56,640 nt of DNA from Plasmodiophora brassicae (Eukaryota), in NCBI GenBank assembly GCA_036867785.1, contig CP145409.1, forward strand, positions 2,046,001-2,102,640. The letters run 5' to 3'. This document shows positions 36,155 to 48,700 of the stretch, in pieces (within the stretch, counting starts at the first letter, position 1; each line of letters begins with the position of its first letter). The notes under the pieces are model-generated. The model was not told where the DNA came from. It did not search any database and saw only the letters and a list, made by a program, of their open reading frames with translations. The translations under genes and the position numbers were made by a program.

Positions 36155-36395
36155 CGAGGCGACGTCGCCGTCGCGACGCGATGGGCAACGTCCGCTCAAT
36201 ACGCACACAGAAGCGGCAAGGCACGTGCCCGTGTGCGATGCCCCAATCGACACGTATGAAATATCTGCGTTTGACCGAGTCGGGCATCGTCGAGCACTAC
36301 GGGTCCAGATTAACCTTCAATGGCGACCGTTTAGTTTGGTCCAGCCCTGGTGAACTCCGGGGACGGTCCGTTGATTGCCGGGGGCGTGCCGCATC

Positions 36396-37843
36396 ATGCC
36401 CGGGTCGCGTCCTGCCGACGATCGCAGCGCGCCTGCGCCTGGTGGGTGCCCAGTCGACCAGCGCAACCATGGTGACGCGCCCGGGTCCCCCGCCTATCAC
36501 GACGGCAAGCCTTCATCGGAACCGCTGGGCTGCCCCGTTGCGGATCAACGTCCCGTGGCCGACGACCCCCAATGTCCTGTCGCTCATAGCGACGGGAAGT
36601 CACCTGGACGTGATGCGTGTCCCGTTGCTGGGAAACAGCCGGCCAAGCAAGCGTCTGCGCCTGATGGATGCCCTGTCGCGCATGGGTCCGGATACCGTCA
36701 CCCGCACGTCTACAATGTCTACAACGAGAGGATCGACCCGACCAATCAGATGGCCGCCAACCCCAATCAGAAACCGGGGCCGGGACAGACGCAGCCCCTG
36801 TCGACACACCGCGTGCAATCGTCCATACCGAAAGGCGGCACCGACTCCACCTGGTCCTGTAGGTCCAACTCGTGTCTGTCATGCCGCCATCCCGCATTGC
36901 CTTACAGCGACGTTGGCTCCGTGTAGATCCTTCACCGCAAATGTTCTATAATGCATTGAACCGCAAAGGCAAACTCGACGGCGTATCAGAGACCGACGTC
37001 AACGCCATCGTGGCCATTCACAACAATATGAACGAACGGACCTGGCAGCAGGTCCTGCAATGGGGTACGCACAGAATCGTTTCGCTACCCGGTTTGTACT
37101 AAACCAGTGTCTCTCTGCAGAGTCGTGCAAATCGTGCCCCGACCCGACCTTGCTGCGGTTCATGGGCAGACCGAACCAGCTGACGCCCAAGGCCTACATC
37201 AAGTCATGGCTGGGATACGGGCTTCCATTCGATCGTCACGACTGGATCGTCGACCGATGCGGTATAACGGAATTGCTCGCGGCCGCTTTCGTTCCTTGTT
37301 GACGCTGTCTCCTCAGGCCAGGAAGTTCGGTATGTGATCGATTACTACCACGACGAGCAAGGCGTGGAGCACGACCAGCTGCCGTCGTTACGAGACACGA
37401 CCTCGGTAGCGTCGATCAAGGTCGATGCGCGTCCAGCGCTGGACTCGTTCGAGAGTTGCTTCGACCGGCTGCGACATCTGTTCTCTGACACGGGCCAGTC
37501 GCTGCCGAAGGCGACGCCCTCCCAGGAACCTGCCGTCTCGGAGCACGTTACCGACGAAGACGCTGCCGCCCTAGTTCGAACTCGCTGTGAATCGGCGCTG
37601 GCGACGTTCCAAGGCTGTACCGATGAAGCGCAATGCGCCAAGGCGGCCATGGCCCTGAACTACTGCATGGGTGCCATCGTGTGCCCGGATGAAGCGCAAC
37701 AGTTTGTGCACAAGGTGGACAGCGGGACCGCCGACGACGCTGAAGCTGCCTACGAGCGCTTGACGAATTGCCTTTCGCGTTCACCTGCCCTGAAGACTTT
37801 ATTCCAGGCCGATGATAGCGACCTCGGACCCAAGCAATCCTGA
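36396..37843 (+). CDS. HCCS: Holocytochrome c synthase (cytochrome c heme lyase), multi-exon
   Basis: Five N-terminal CPV heme-regulatory motifs. Family motifs [49 protein letters not shown] and DARPALDS. Confidence 0.92.
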
Positions 37844-38069
37844 TAACTGTACAGATACACATGAGTCTGGGAGCAACTCGTGTTGCTCTCCGGTGCGGCA
37901 CCGGCGTTGGGTGGTACACCCTCTTCGGACTGTATGGTATTGCCTGTGGGGGCGGGGCTCATTGGGCGCCGTTTTCGGCGAACGGGCGACCGAGCGTGAC
38001 GGCAGTGGGGTACACGCTGCTGAGCATTTTGGAGCGCGCGCCCGTCACGTCGCGTTGAGGGAGTGCTCG

Positions 38070-40105
38070 ATGATCACTATGGCGGTCACCATGCAACGGC
38101 GGCTGCTGTCGGGGGCGCCGCGTGTTGCACCGGTACAGGCAACGAGCAGTGCTTGATCAGCGACCCGAGCGTGAGATCCCAGTCGTGCACAGATACTCAC
38201 CCAGCGATTGCCCGACCTGGACCCCGACCTGTTTGACATCATTGAGCGCGAGAAGCAGCGGCAACGGAACAGCATATCGCTGATACCGAGTGAGGTGGGA
38301 CGGCTTCGTTTGCGAAACACTGTACGGGCTCTGAGCGGCTGGTAGAATTTTACGAGTCGCAGTGTCCTTGATGCGTTGGGTTCCGTCATGCAGAACAAGT
38401 ATTCAGAAGGTCCCCTGTGCTTAGTGGTGCAGTTGGCTGTTCGTCTGATGCCTGTCAACGGAATGTATAGGGTACCCCGGTGCGCGGTATTACGGCGGTA
38501 ACCAGTTCATCGATGCCTGCGAGCGCTTGTGCCAGGAGCGGGCACTGGCCGCATTCCGGCTATCGCCGGACATGTGGGCTGTCAATGTACAGCCGCTGTC
38601 AGGGTCACCTGCCAATTTCGAAGTCTATACGGCTATCTTGCAACCGCACGACCGCATTATGAGCCTTGATTTGCCTCATGGCGGACAGTACGTCACACAC
38701 GTCGGCCATCGGCATTCCATCCATGCGCTAGTCTCAATATATAGGGTGTGTGCCACAGTTTGTCGCATGGATACTCTACGCCGACCAAGAAAGTCAGCGC
38801 CGTATCCAAGTATTTCGAGGTTCTCCCCTATCGGCTCGACGAGGTCCGCATTGCGATGAACCCGCCTGCCCTCGCTGACAGCAATTCTAACGCTTAACGC
38901 AGGCGACTGGCTTGATTGATTACGACGATTTGGAGCGTTTATCTGCCCGGTATCGTCCGTCGGTGCTCGTCTCGGGGGCGTCGGCGTATTCTCGAGATTT
39001 CGACTTCGCCCGTCTTCGCAAGGTAACTGCTTGTATTGGTCCTATACTACGCCTATTATAACACCTGCAAATGAAGATTGCCGACAGGTGTGGAGCCTAC
39101 CTACTCTACGACATGGCCCATGTATCGGGTTTGATCGCAGCAGGTATACTCAATGACCCGTTTGAGTACGCCGACATTGTCACGACCACGACTCATAAAT
39201 CGCTTCGTGGTCCACGAGGAGCCATTATCTTCTCCAGGAAGGGTAACTGAGCCGAGCTATTAAGACTAGTCGTCGAGCTCACCTGTTAGTTGTTTCGCAG
39301 GCGTACGTTCTGTTGACAAGAAGGGCGTTGAGACGATGTACGACCTTGAATCCCGGATCAACCAGTCTGTATTCCCCGGCCATCAAGGCGGCCCGCATAA
39401 CCACACAATCGCTGCGCTGGCTGTGGCGTTGAAACAGGTATTGACAGCGACCAGATTTGCGTTTGTTGGTAATCGGAGGCCTTCCCTGTTTAGGCCTCAT
39501 CCAGCGAGTTCAAAGAGTACCAGCAACGAGTCGTATCAAACTGTAAAGCGCTTTGCAACGCACTCAGGGCAGCCGGGTTCTCGATCGTATCTGGCGGCAC
39601 CGAGAACCATCTTATTCTGGTCGACCTGAAACCGCTGGGTGTCGATGGTGCTAGAGTTGAGCGCACGCTTGAGCACATGAATGTGGCCCTGAACAAGAAT
39701 ACCGTCCCTGGCGACAAAAGTGCAATGGTTCCAGGCGGAATTCGTCTCGGGACGCCTGCAATGACAACCCGGGGTCTGAAGGAGGACGACTTTGAGAAAA
39801 TTGCTGAATTCGTTGTACGGGGTGTCGAAATTGCACTGGCAGCAAGTAGCAAGGTGGGTCCATTGCTAACCGGGATATCCTTCTGTCCTCTCACCATGCC
39901 TTGCAGGCGACGTCAAAGAAATTGAAAGACTTCGAGGCGACGCTGCTTGGTGACAGTTTTGGGGTATCAGAAGCAAAGGCAAACGTCATTGGTAGGATGC
40001 TCACATGGTGGCCTTCATAATCATATTGTAACACGCCCCACAGAGTTTGCGCAGCAGTTCCCAACGATCGGCTTCGACGAGAGCGAGATGAAGTACCAGG
40101 ACTAA
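38070..40105 (+). CDS. SHMT: Serine hydroxymethyltransferase, probably mitochondrial, many short introns
   Basis: [36 protein letters not shown]-lysine motif [24 protein letters not shown] and [13 protein letters not shown]. The N-terminus is Arg-containing and lacks acidic residues, like a presequence. Confidence 0.95.
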
Positions 40106-42108
40106 GCACTCGATAAACTGTGAAGTTTGCACCGCCAGCGTTGCTCTGTGCTGAATTAGCGGCTACCGATCGAATATGTATATTCGGCCACAGCGTGAAG
40201 CATACCCGATGGGCGATTGCCGACGGTAGGGCACCAGACCAGGCTTTGGACATCGCGGCCAGCAGGAAAGAGAAGGTAACCCCGGTACAGAGCGCTAGTA
40301 GAACACCTTCAATGCAGTCCGCGCCTGCCGCTGTGTGGGATTCATACGACGCCGAAAAGCGGCCTCGCCGTCGTCGACTGCAACGTTGTACGCTGGGACC
40401 CGACGTACTATCGCGTTCGGCACCGCACGAAGAACGTCTGCATGTACGCCAGCTGGCCCGTAGACGTCTACCCACCGACACCGTCGCCGGCAAGCGATTC
40501 ACTGTCCGACCCATGACGACCGGCTATAGCGTGTTTCTGGACGCCCGGCAACGACATTGAGTGCTACCTGTCCATGTCTGCAAGCTCGTTGCCGCTTTTA
40601 AGGGGCGTCCAGCTGCACGTGGCGGTCGCGTACTGGCTGTGTCCCCGCCCGACAGCCGACCAGGTGGTGGGCCCCGTCTCTCGATCGACGCGTAGCAACC
40701 AGCGACGACCGTCAAAGCCTGCAGCACTTGCGTCCGACCTGTTGACCCGTTTCTTGCATCGGGACACATTCAGGGTAGCATTGAATGGTTCGGCACGACA
40801 TCGAGCATTACGTTCGGCCCGTTCGGTATGGGCATCAACGTCCTCTGAAGCTACTGCAACCAGCTGTCCGATGCTTCTCGGGCCGGTTGGCGTTCGCACC
40901 GGCCGCAACGACCCGCGATGACGACCAGGAGCTGCCGGTGCACCTGATGCAGCTGCGTGGATTGCCCCCGGACCACGTGGCGACGCCTCCCGACCGACAC
41001 CTTCGCTCGACGACGTACGCATTGAAGAGCGCGGCGCCATACGCGCATTCAAGGCCCGTGATCGAAACGGACGTCGTCCGAGCCGATTGCAACCACCGGC
41101 GCCGAGATCATGGGGTTGACAACATTGGCGTGTAGGAGACCCCACTATTAGAACAGCGTGGTGGCATCTGCAGGGCGTTTCGCCGCCACTGGTTAGTCAG
41201 CTGTGCCTCTCTCACATGGCCGCTGTGTCGTCGCCGGACGAGGTCCCCCAAGGCAGTACCGATGATTCCTGCTGTGTGACGGCTTCCTGGATCGCGATTC
41301 GCAAACCCTGCACGCGCGGGAGCGAAGCTTCTGACAATGATGTCCAGAGGATCGCTACGATTGTCGGGCGGTGCTCGATCTTTCTTGCTATGATAATGAC
41401 CTTGGCTCAGAGTGTGTATCGCGAGCAAATCGGTTCGTCAGCTGCGGACTCGCTGGGACTGACCTTCGCTGTAGCAAACTGACCACATGGCGTGTCGTCG
41501 TGGCACAGAGCTGTGGGCACTTGCCAGCTTGACAGTTTCGTTTGCTCTGCGCCACACAGCCATCGTTAGGATACGTGTCTGCCAACATTGCCGTGAGCAG
41601 TGAACCTTGCTCTCGTGCGATTTCGACTGACACAGGTCGCTAATTGTGTCTCTCGACAATTCATCGCGGTCGCTCTCCGAGCTCGACATAGAGCGAGCGT
41701 CTGCAGCGGCGTGTTGGGAGCGCAGTGATCAGTACAGTCATTCGTGCCCAACCATTCAGTCAGCGACGAACGACTCGCCTGCGTTTGCCAGACGCGCGGC
41801 TCTGCTGTGTGGCGGAGCGGCGACTCATCCGCGTGCGACGAGCAGGTCCATTGCCGTCGGCAGACGCGTCATCGTCAATGTCCTCGCTCAGTTGGTCGGC
41901 CTTTGGGTTGCCCCGTCGCTGGTGGATAGCGGCGACGTACGCGCCCACCATATCGTCGACGACGCCGCGAAACCTCGACGACGTTCCCTCTGTCATCGGC
42001 CTTGGTCGCGAGTCCAGGATGACCAGCTCGAACGCGTTTACGAAATATGCATGTGCGCGCCTCGAGCTCACGCCGATCTCGACGAGCATGCGCCCCACAG
42101 CACCAGAG

Positions 42109-42212
42109 CGTGCTTATAAAGACGCCAATCGATTGGTGCAGCGCCGCGCACATCTTCGACATACTGCAGATGTGCGGCGCTGCACCAATCGACTGGCGTC
42201 CTTATAAGCACG
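42109..42212. repeat. Short inverted repeat / hairpin (45-47-bp arms, 12-nt loop)
   Basis: CGTGCTTATAAAGACGCCAATCGATTGGTGCAGCGCCGCGCACATCT pairs with AGATGTGCGGCGCTGCACCAATCGACTGGCGTCCTTATAAGCACG, with 2 mismatches and a 2-nt bulge. Confidence 0.9.
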
Positions 42213-42877
42213 TCGACGACGAGGACATGCTCAGCGGGGTGAGAACGGCGTCGTTTCGACCGGCACCGACCCCTAGTCAGCACGCCGGGGCCCAGCGCGA
42301 GTGCATGATAGACGCGGAGAATCAGAATTTTTTCCGCCGTCGGCCAAGTCGACTGGTGGACGGGAGAAGGCCACCTGTCCTTGACGCCCTTGACAGCGGC
42401 GTGCACCTGCGTCGACAGCGTCTTGTGGCCCTTTGACAATTTCACGATGGAATCGACCGCCGCTAACTGGACTAGCAGGCCGTTGTGCGGGTCGGCCAGG
42501 AACGAGCCCCAGTCGATCTTGGTGCAGGCGTCCCGCGCGTCCGGCGACGAGTGTATGACGCCCTGTATGAGAGCCAGCGCCTCACACAGCCGGTGACGCT
42601 TCTTGCTGCCCTGATTGGCCGACGGCAAGGGTACGTCCTGCCAACTCGCGTATGCCTCCAGCAGCATGATCGACCGTGATACCAGCGGCAACGCGCTCAG
42701 AGTCATCGGGTCAGACGACGCTGGCAGACGCAGCACCGCCGATGGATCGTGCAGTGGCGGGACAATCATGACGACATGCGTCAATACGGCCGGAAAACGC
42801 GACGACGACGCCCAGCGTCCATCGGGGCGAGCACTCATCGGCTGCGCTGGTCGGGGCGCGTCATCCATCCGTTCTTC

Positions 42878-44600
42878 GGAAGACGAAAAGCAGGCGGTGA
42901 AACTGGTGAGGGACGCGATGCGGAAGCGTATCCGATTCTGTCGCCAGGTGGTCGCCGATCGCGTTCCTGTCGTGCACGGCGTTGAGTACGTCGCTAACCT
43001 GACCATGCGTCAGGCGTGCTTCAACAGCATGTGGCAGGAGGCGATGGGTTCAACGACGATGCCACGTTCCTGCTGCTGGAGGCGGAAGCGGTGTGGGCAC
43101 ATCTCCGGCGGAAACTAGAGCAGTATGTCGTGTTCCCCCGCAAGATGTACCGCGCGATGTTTCGCCGGCTGGAGCGCGGTCGCCGGTCTCATTTCGTGTC
43201 CAACATCGATCGGCGGTCGCTGAACGCGCTGCTGTAACAGGCAGCTTTGACGGGTGGCTCTTTCATGGTTGTGAAGCAGCACCAAAGACACGGGAGGCTC
43301 AGCGGTCGCGGATGGCTAGCAGATACTACCAGTCACTGGGTCGTGAGAGCGTGGCGCCCGGTGTGTTTATAGTACAAGCCGTAGTCGAGGGTTTGACGTC
43401 GATGTGGAGTCTGAATAGGCTGCACGTGCCCACAAGCAATCCCCGCGACGCGTGACCAGCACACTGCAGATCTTCGAAGACTGTGTTAATGCGGGTTTTG
43501 ACGGGTCGTCGATCAACCCACGTCGGTTCTACCACCGGGCCACGCCGGACAGCAATGTCGGGCCGTGGCTCGTGACTTCGTCTCTGCAGTTTGGCCGATT
43601 TTTCGTCGTCGACACGTACATGGATCCGCTAGCCCTGGTCATCAACAGGGGCGACTTCATGAACTTTATTCAGAGCCTCGACTACGTCGATATGATGGCG
43701 ACAGTCCTGCGGATCTCCGTCAAAGGAAACCGGCACGCGCTACTACCTGGTCCAGTCGTGGTTCCTGGTCATCTCATCAGGGCTGAGCCCAATGCTGGCA
43801 CCGGACGCCATTGCTCTGAACCTTCTGATCGTACGTATACGCACCTTCAGTCTGCAGAAGGTTCAGAGCAATATATGGTGTCCGGTGTCAGCATTGAGCT
43901 CAGCCCTGATGAGATGACCAGGAACCCGACTGGACCAGGTAGTGGAGCGCATGCCGGTTTCCTCTGACGGAGATCCGCAGGACTGTCGACATCATGTCGA
44001 CGTAGTCGAGGCTCTGAATGAAATTCATAAACTCGCCCTTGTTGATGACCAGGGCAAGCGGATCCATGTACGTGTCGTCGACGAAGAAGCGGCCAAACTG
44101 CAGAGACGAAGACACGTAGTCGAGAGGCGACCCGTTCGAAGCCACGGCCCGACATTGCTGTCCGGCGTGGCCCGGTGGTAGAACCGACCTGGGTTGATGG
44201 ACGAGCCGTCAAAAACCGCATTGAAACAGTCTTCGAAGATCTGAAGCGCGTTCAGCGACCGCCGATCGATGTTGGACACGAAAGGAGACCGGCGACCGCG
44301 CTCCAGCCGGCGAAACATCGCGCGGTACATCTTGCGAGGGAACACGACATACTGCTCTAGTTTCCGCCGGAGATGTGCCCAGACGGCTTCCGCGTCCAGC
44401 AGCAGGAACGTGGCATCGTCGTTGAACCCATCGGCCTCCTGCCACATGCTGTTGAAGCACGCATGGCGCATGGTCAGGTTAGCGACGTACTCAACGCCGT
44501 CACGACAGGAACGCGATCGGCGACCATCTGGCGACAGAATCGGATACGCTTCCGCATCGCGTCCCCCACCGGATTCAACGCCCGCTTTACGTCGTCTTCC
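42878..44600. repeat. Large inverted duplication (palindrome) of a decayed gene segment, 27-nt central spacer
   Basis: Left arm ~42878..43827, right arm 43855..~44600. Both encode nearly the same peptides on opposite strands (DAMRKRIRFCRQ..; HLRRKLEQYVVFPRKMYRAMFRRLERG; FMNFIQSLDYVDMM). Confidence 0.92.
43233..43463 (-). mobile_element. Solo LTR (231 bp) of an LTR retrotransposon
   Basis: Present only in the left palindrome arm. Ends are TGTAACA...AGCACA (TG..CA), flanked by a CTGC direct repeat at 43229-43232 and 43464-43467. TATAAA on the minus strand at 43366-43371 sets the tentative orientation. Confidence 0.8.
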
Positions 44601-45275
44601 TTCTTGACCGGGCCGTACTTCCTAAGCGCGGCGGGCAACCCAGCGAACGACTTCCGGACCTTGCCCTTCTCGAACGTAGCGCGGACGGCCGCGTTCAGGG
44701 TACCGATGTGGGCAAAGCGGACGGGGTCCACCAGAACGCGCCCACGATCCCGCGTGCGCTGCGACACGGTCGCGTTGTAGCACGAGCGCGCGGATGCCAT
44801 AACGGAACTGCAACGTGACTTGCATCCACCGAACCCGGCGACCTCCCCGACCGGATAGTACGAGCTCTTGCGTGGCGCGATGCCACAGCCGACGTCCAGA
44901 TTTCGCAGCGCTGAGTAGTCGCGGCAGACGGCAACGGCTGTGTTGTCGGGGAAGGGTTCGGCCGACACGTTGGACCCGATGTCGAAGCGCGCGCATTCCA
45001 TTAACGTTGACGGCCAGAACGTTCGCAAGTAGCGGCGCGCGCACCTCGAGAACGTCGGCGACACACGTCATTTTCATCAACGAGCGCACACCTAGCGCTT
45101 GCATCAGCACCATGATGGAGCCGTCAAGCTCATCCTCAAGAGCCTCCAGGACAGCGCGGGCGGACGAAGGTGGCATAACCACGGGGCGGCGGTGGGCCCC
45201 AAACTGGTTACAAGGTGTTGTTAGCGCGTTTGAGCCACCGTTAGCTAGAAACAAAGGTACCGTTGGAAAGGGCAT
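43860..45275 (-). pseudogene. Frameshifted gene of unknown family (source of the palindrome)
   Basis: Overlapping minus-strand ORFs 44622..45275, 44474..45064, 44025..44471 and 43900..44145 read as one protein across small indels. Comparison with the left-arm copy confirms some of the indels. Confidence 0.6.
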
Positions 45276-45779
45276 TAGAACTCAGAGGCAGGACGCCTGT
45301 CCGGTGTGCCAAAAGTGCCACCGTTCGTCTGCAATTGCGAAGAATGTGGGGCAATTTGGGCACTTTGCTGATTTCACCAAGTCGAAGCTGAACTCCGTGG
45401 GGGTGCGCAAAATGCCGCGCGTGGTCGGCGTGGACTCGTTTTGCGCGACCGGTGCACCATGGACGGCATCGCCAGCTGGCGTCTCGTGGTCAGGCAGACG
45501 CGCGCTCGGATGATCATCCATGAGTAGACCGCGCGTTCCACGACTTCCTCCTGTCCTGTTGGGGTCAGGACGTGATGCACAGGCGGTAACCGCACATGCT
45601 CCGGCGGCGACCTCGATGTCTGAGACGCTGTGCCGCATATGATCCAGGCCTTCGTCCGCTGAACTGCCCCTGTCATCAACGAGTTCCGCGCTCTGTCCAT
45701 GGTTCGAACACCCACATCTCTGGGGTCTGGCTGCACCACGTCGATGCCGCTGTGGGTGCATCTCGGCGCGATCGACTAC

Positions 45780-48700
45780 CCGATGTCGCTGCAAGTCGCG
45801 AAAGCCGCCCTCTGCGACGTCCTGCATGGCCGCCCGACATGCCGTTGTGTTCGGCATCACACGGCGCAGGTCGCTCCTGACGATGCGCCTGCCTGCACCC
45901 GCGCCGACTCCCAACAGACCCGCTACCGCCTCAACACGTCCTGCTGGACGCTTGACGTCGCGCGCGTCATCGAACTCAATAGCCGCATGCAGCACGTCCT
46001 GCTGTTGGGGTATCGTCGCGTCCAGCGCGTCTGCGAGAACGCCCTGCACCTCGAGGACAGGTACGAATTGTCGCCTCAGGCACAGACCCCAGGCCCTCTA
46101 ACTCGTGCTGGACAGGACACGCCTGGCGTCACCTGCTGTCTCCCGTCCAGCATGAGCCGCTGATGGACAGTGGTCGTCCTGCCGGGCCGGGCCGGGTCCA
46201 GCACCGCGCCGGCCTGCTCCTCAGCTAAGGCAGCGTTTAGACCGCCCGCCGCAGCTCGCTGTGTTCTGTCTGGCGCGCCCTTGACCTACATCATGCATCG
46301 ATGGACGAGAACAACCAAGGGCGCCTCTGCTGTCCCGTCCGCCTGACGAGCGTCGCTTTCCTGTCGTGCAAATCGTCCAGCAGGCCAGCGGTGTCCAGCG
46401 CCATTTGCCGCCGGTCGATATGCGGGCGCGTGCCTGCCGTGGGAGACCCTCCGCCATCCCGGCCGTCACATCTTCACAAAGTCAAACCGTTCAATTCAGG
46501 CAGACGAGGTCTCTGCAGGTTGTCCTGGCGTCAACCGGCGCCGAGCGGCAGCGTTCGAAGAAACCGGTGGGGGGGGGGGGGGGGGGGGGGGCGCCCGTTC
46601 CCGTTCCCGGGCGTGGGCTCCGTCGTCTTCTGCCACCTGCGTGTCGATCATGACAAATGGCCGATCAGCTCAATCCATCGACGTCAGCAGGTCTGTCAGG
46701 GCCGCGGGCAGGTACAGCAGTACCTGGCACCCGATTCTCAGCAAACGGTGTCGTGTCCGGCATATATCCACAACCAGAACAGTTCAGAACAACTAGACCA
46801 GTTCGATTCGCGCGGATAGCGCCCTGCAGGCCACGCTGGCGTCCCGTTGCGCGGAACAGCGGTCCTCGCTGCACTGGGTGCAAAGCGACGGCGCACATCA
46901 CCGATGACGTGCGCCGACATCGCCGCTACATGCGTGTCGATGACTGCCAGTCAGACCAGACGAACCAGACAGGCATGTCCGGCATCAATACACGAATGCA
47001 GGACAGTTGATCGCGTCCGTGTCCCAGCAATGCTTCGCGTTCAGCGCCTGCCGCTGTGCGTAAGTACGCGCCAGGTCCACTTCGATGTCGACCTGGTGTC
47101 GCGGGCATGGCATAGCAATGCGAATCTGGGCGATGTGCCGTCGTATGGCTTCTATCTGCATTACGTTGTGGCCAGATTTACAGTTCGGGTACCAGGTCTG
47201 AGCACAGCCATCGATCGCCTGCAGGTGGGCGCCAGACGTCCAGATGCGTCCACGTGGGCAGCACGGCGCCGACTCCGTGGGCGGGCGACGTCGACGCGAC
47301 CGACCACCCGACGCCGCCGCCGATCGCCTCGCCGCTCGCCGCCCACTGCAACGTCCTACAAGGCCGCCCGATATCCAGTTGTGCTCGGTACTGCGTGGGG
47401 CAGGTCGTCGACGCCCTGGCACCTAAGCCTGCCCTCTCAGCATCCGCGCCGCCATCCCCGCCTAGCGACGCCATGGGCCAACGGACCCAGTGCACCACTA
47501 CACCTCCCGCTGGACGCTTGCCGACACGTACGACGCGTCTGGGCGGAGCATGTGCATCTCCAGGACAGGTATGGGGTGTTCCTTGATGCACAGCCGCGCG
47601 GATTCACTGACATTGTTGGCAGGACCGACCTGCAATCGACCGTTCAGCACGAGCACCTGCAGGGCACTAATCGTCGTTCCTAGAGGGGCGGAGACAACCC
47701 CAGGCTAGCCTTCTCGAGGACTGGGGCGGCGTCCTGACTGCCCGCCGATCGTTGCATTTGGTCCGACGCGCCCGTGCTCTGCACCATGCATCGACGGGAC
47801 GGCCAACCAAGGGCGTCGCCAGGCTTCCCGTATGCCAGCGAGCAGCGTGTTCCTGTCCTGCAGGTCGTCCAGCAGGGCAGTTTCGCCCGTTACTACTGCC
47901 CGACATGGAAACGTCTGCCACCGTCGACGACCTGCCACCATCCCTGCCGACATCTGCCTGAACCAGAACCGTTCGAATTACAAGCAGACCAGGTCGACAC
48001 ACGCGTACGTCTTGCCCGCAGGTTGTCCTGGCGTTAGCCAGCACCGCGCGACAGCATTCGATGAAACTGGGAGAGGGAGCAGTGCCCGTCGCCGACATCG
48101 GCGCCGCATGTGTGTGAACCATAGTAGATCAGGGAAGACGAGCAACCCCAGTCAGGTTTGTGCCTCGTCAAACGCACGTGGCACAACGCTGGTAGCCAAT
48201 TCGCCGCGACGACTCTCCGACCACCGACACGGGTCATCGCACCCACTTCGAACGCAACACATATAGGTATCGTCCTGGACATCTGCCGTCGCGTTCCCGG
48301 TGCCACTATGACCGCAGCACGCCCTGATGGATGCTTGCCGTCGCGTTAAGCTCGTCTGGGAGGACATCCTTCACCTCCAGGAGAAGAATCTTTGTTCGCC
48401 TGAAGCACGGAGCTTCATGTTCAAAGGGCACTCGTGCCGTCCTCCGCCGTCTCAAGTCGACAAACAGTCCCCGCAAGGAAGCCGTCACCCTGCCTAGGCT
48501 GGACGGAGCCAGCATCACTTCTGTGGCGGCGTCCTGGCCCCCTGTCGACCTTGGCAATCGAGGGCGTGCGCCAGTGCCCTGCACCGTGCGCCGATGGGCA
48601 GGCACACCATCCAAGGGCGTCGCTGAGCTCCAAGTCTGCTTCCATACAGAGCGCCAGTCTGTCGAGCGTATCATACATCAGGCCCGTCGTTCCCAGCGGC

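Noticed and set aside
42878-44600. Assembly fold-back artefact as the explanation of the palindrome
   Set aside because: The arms differ by many substitutions, private indels and a solo LTR. An artefact would give near-identical arms.
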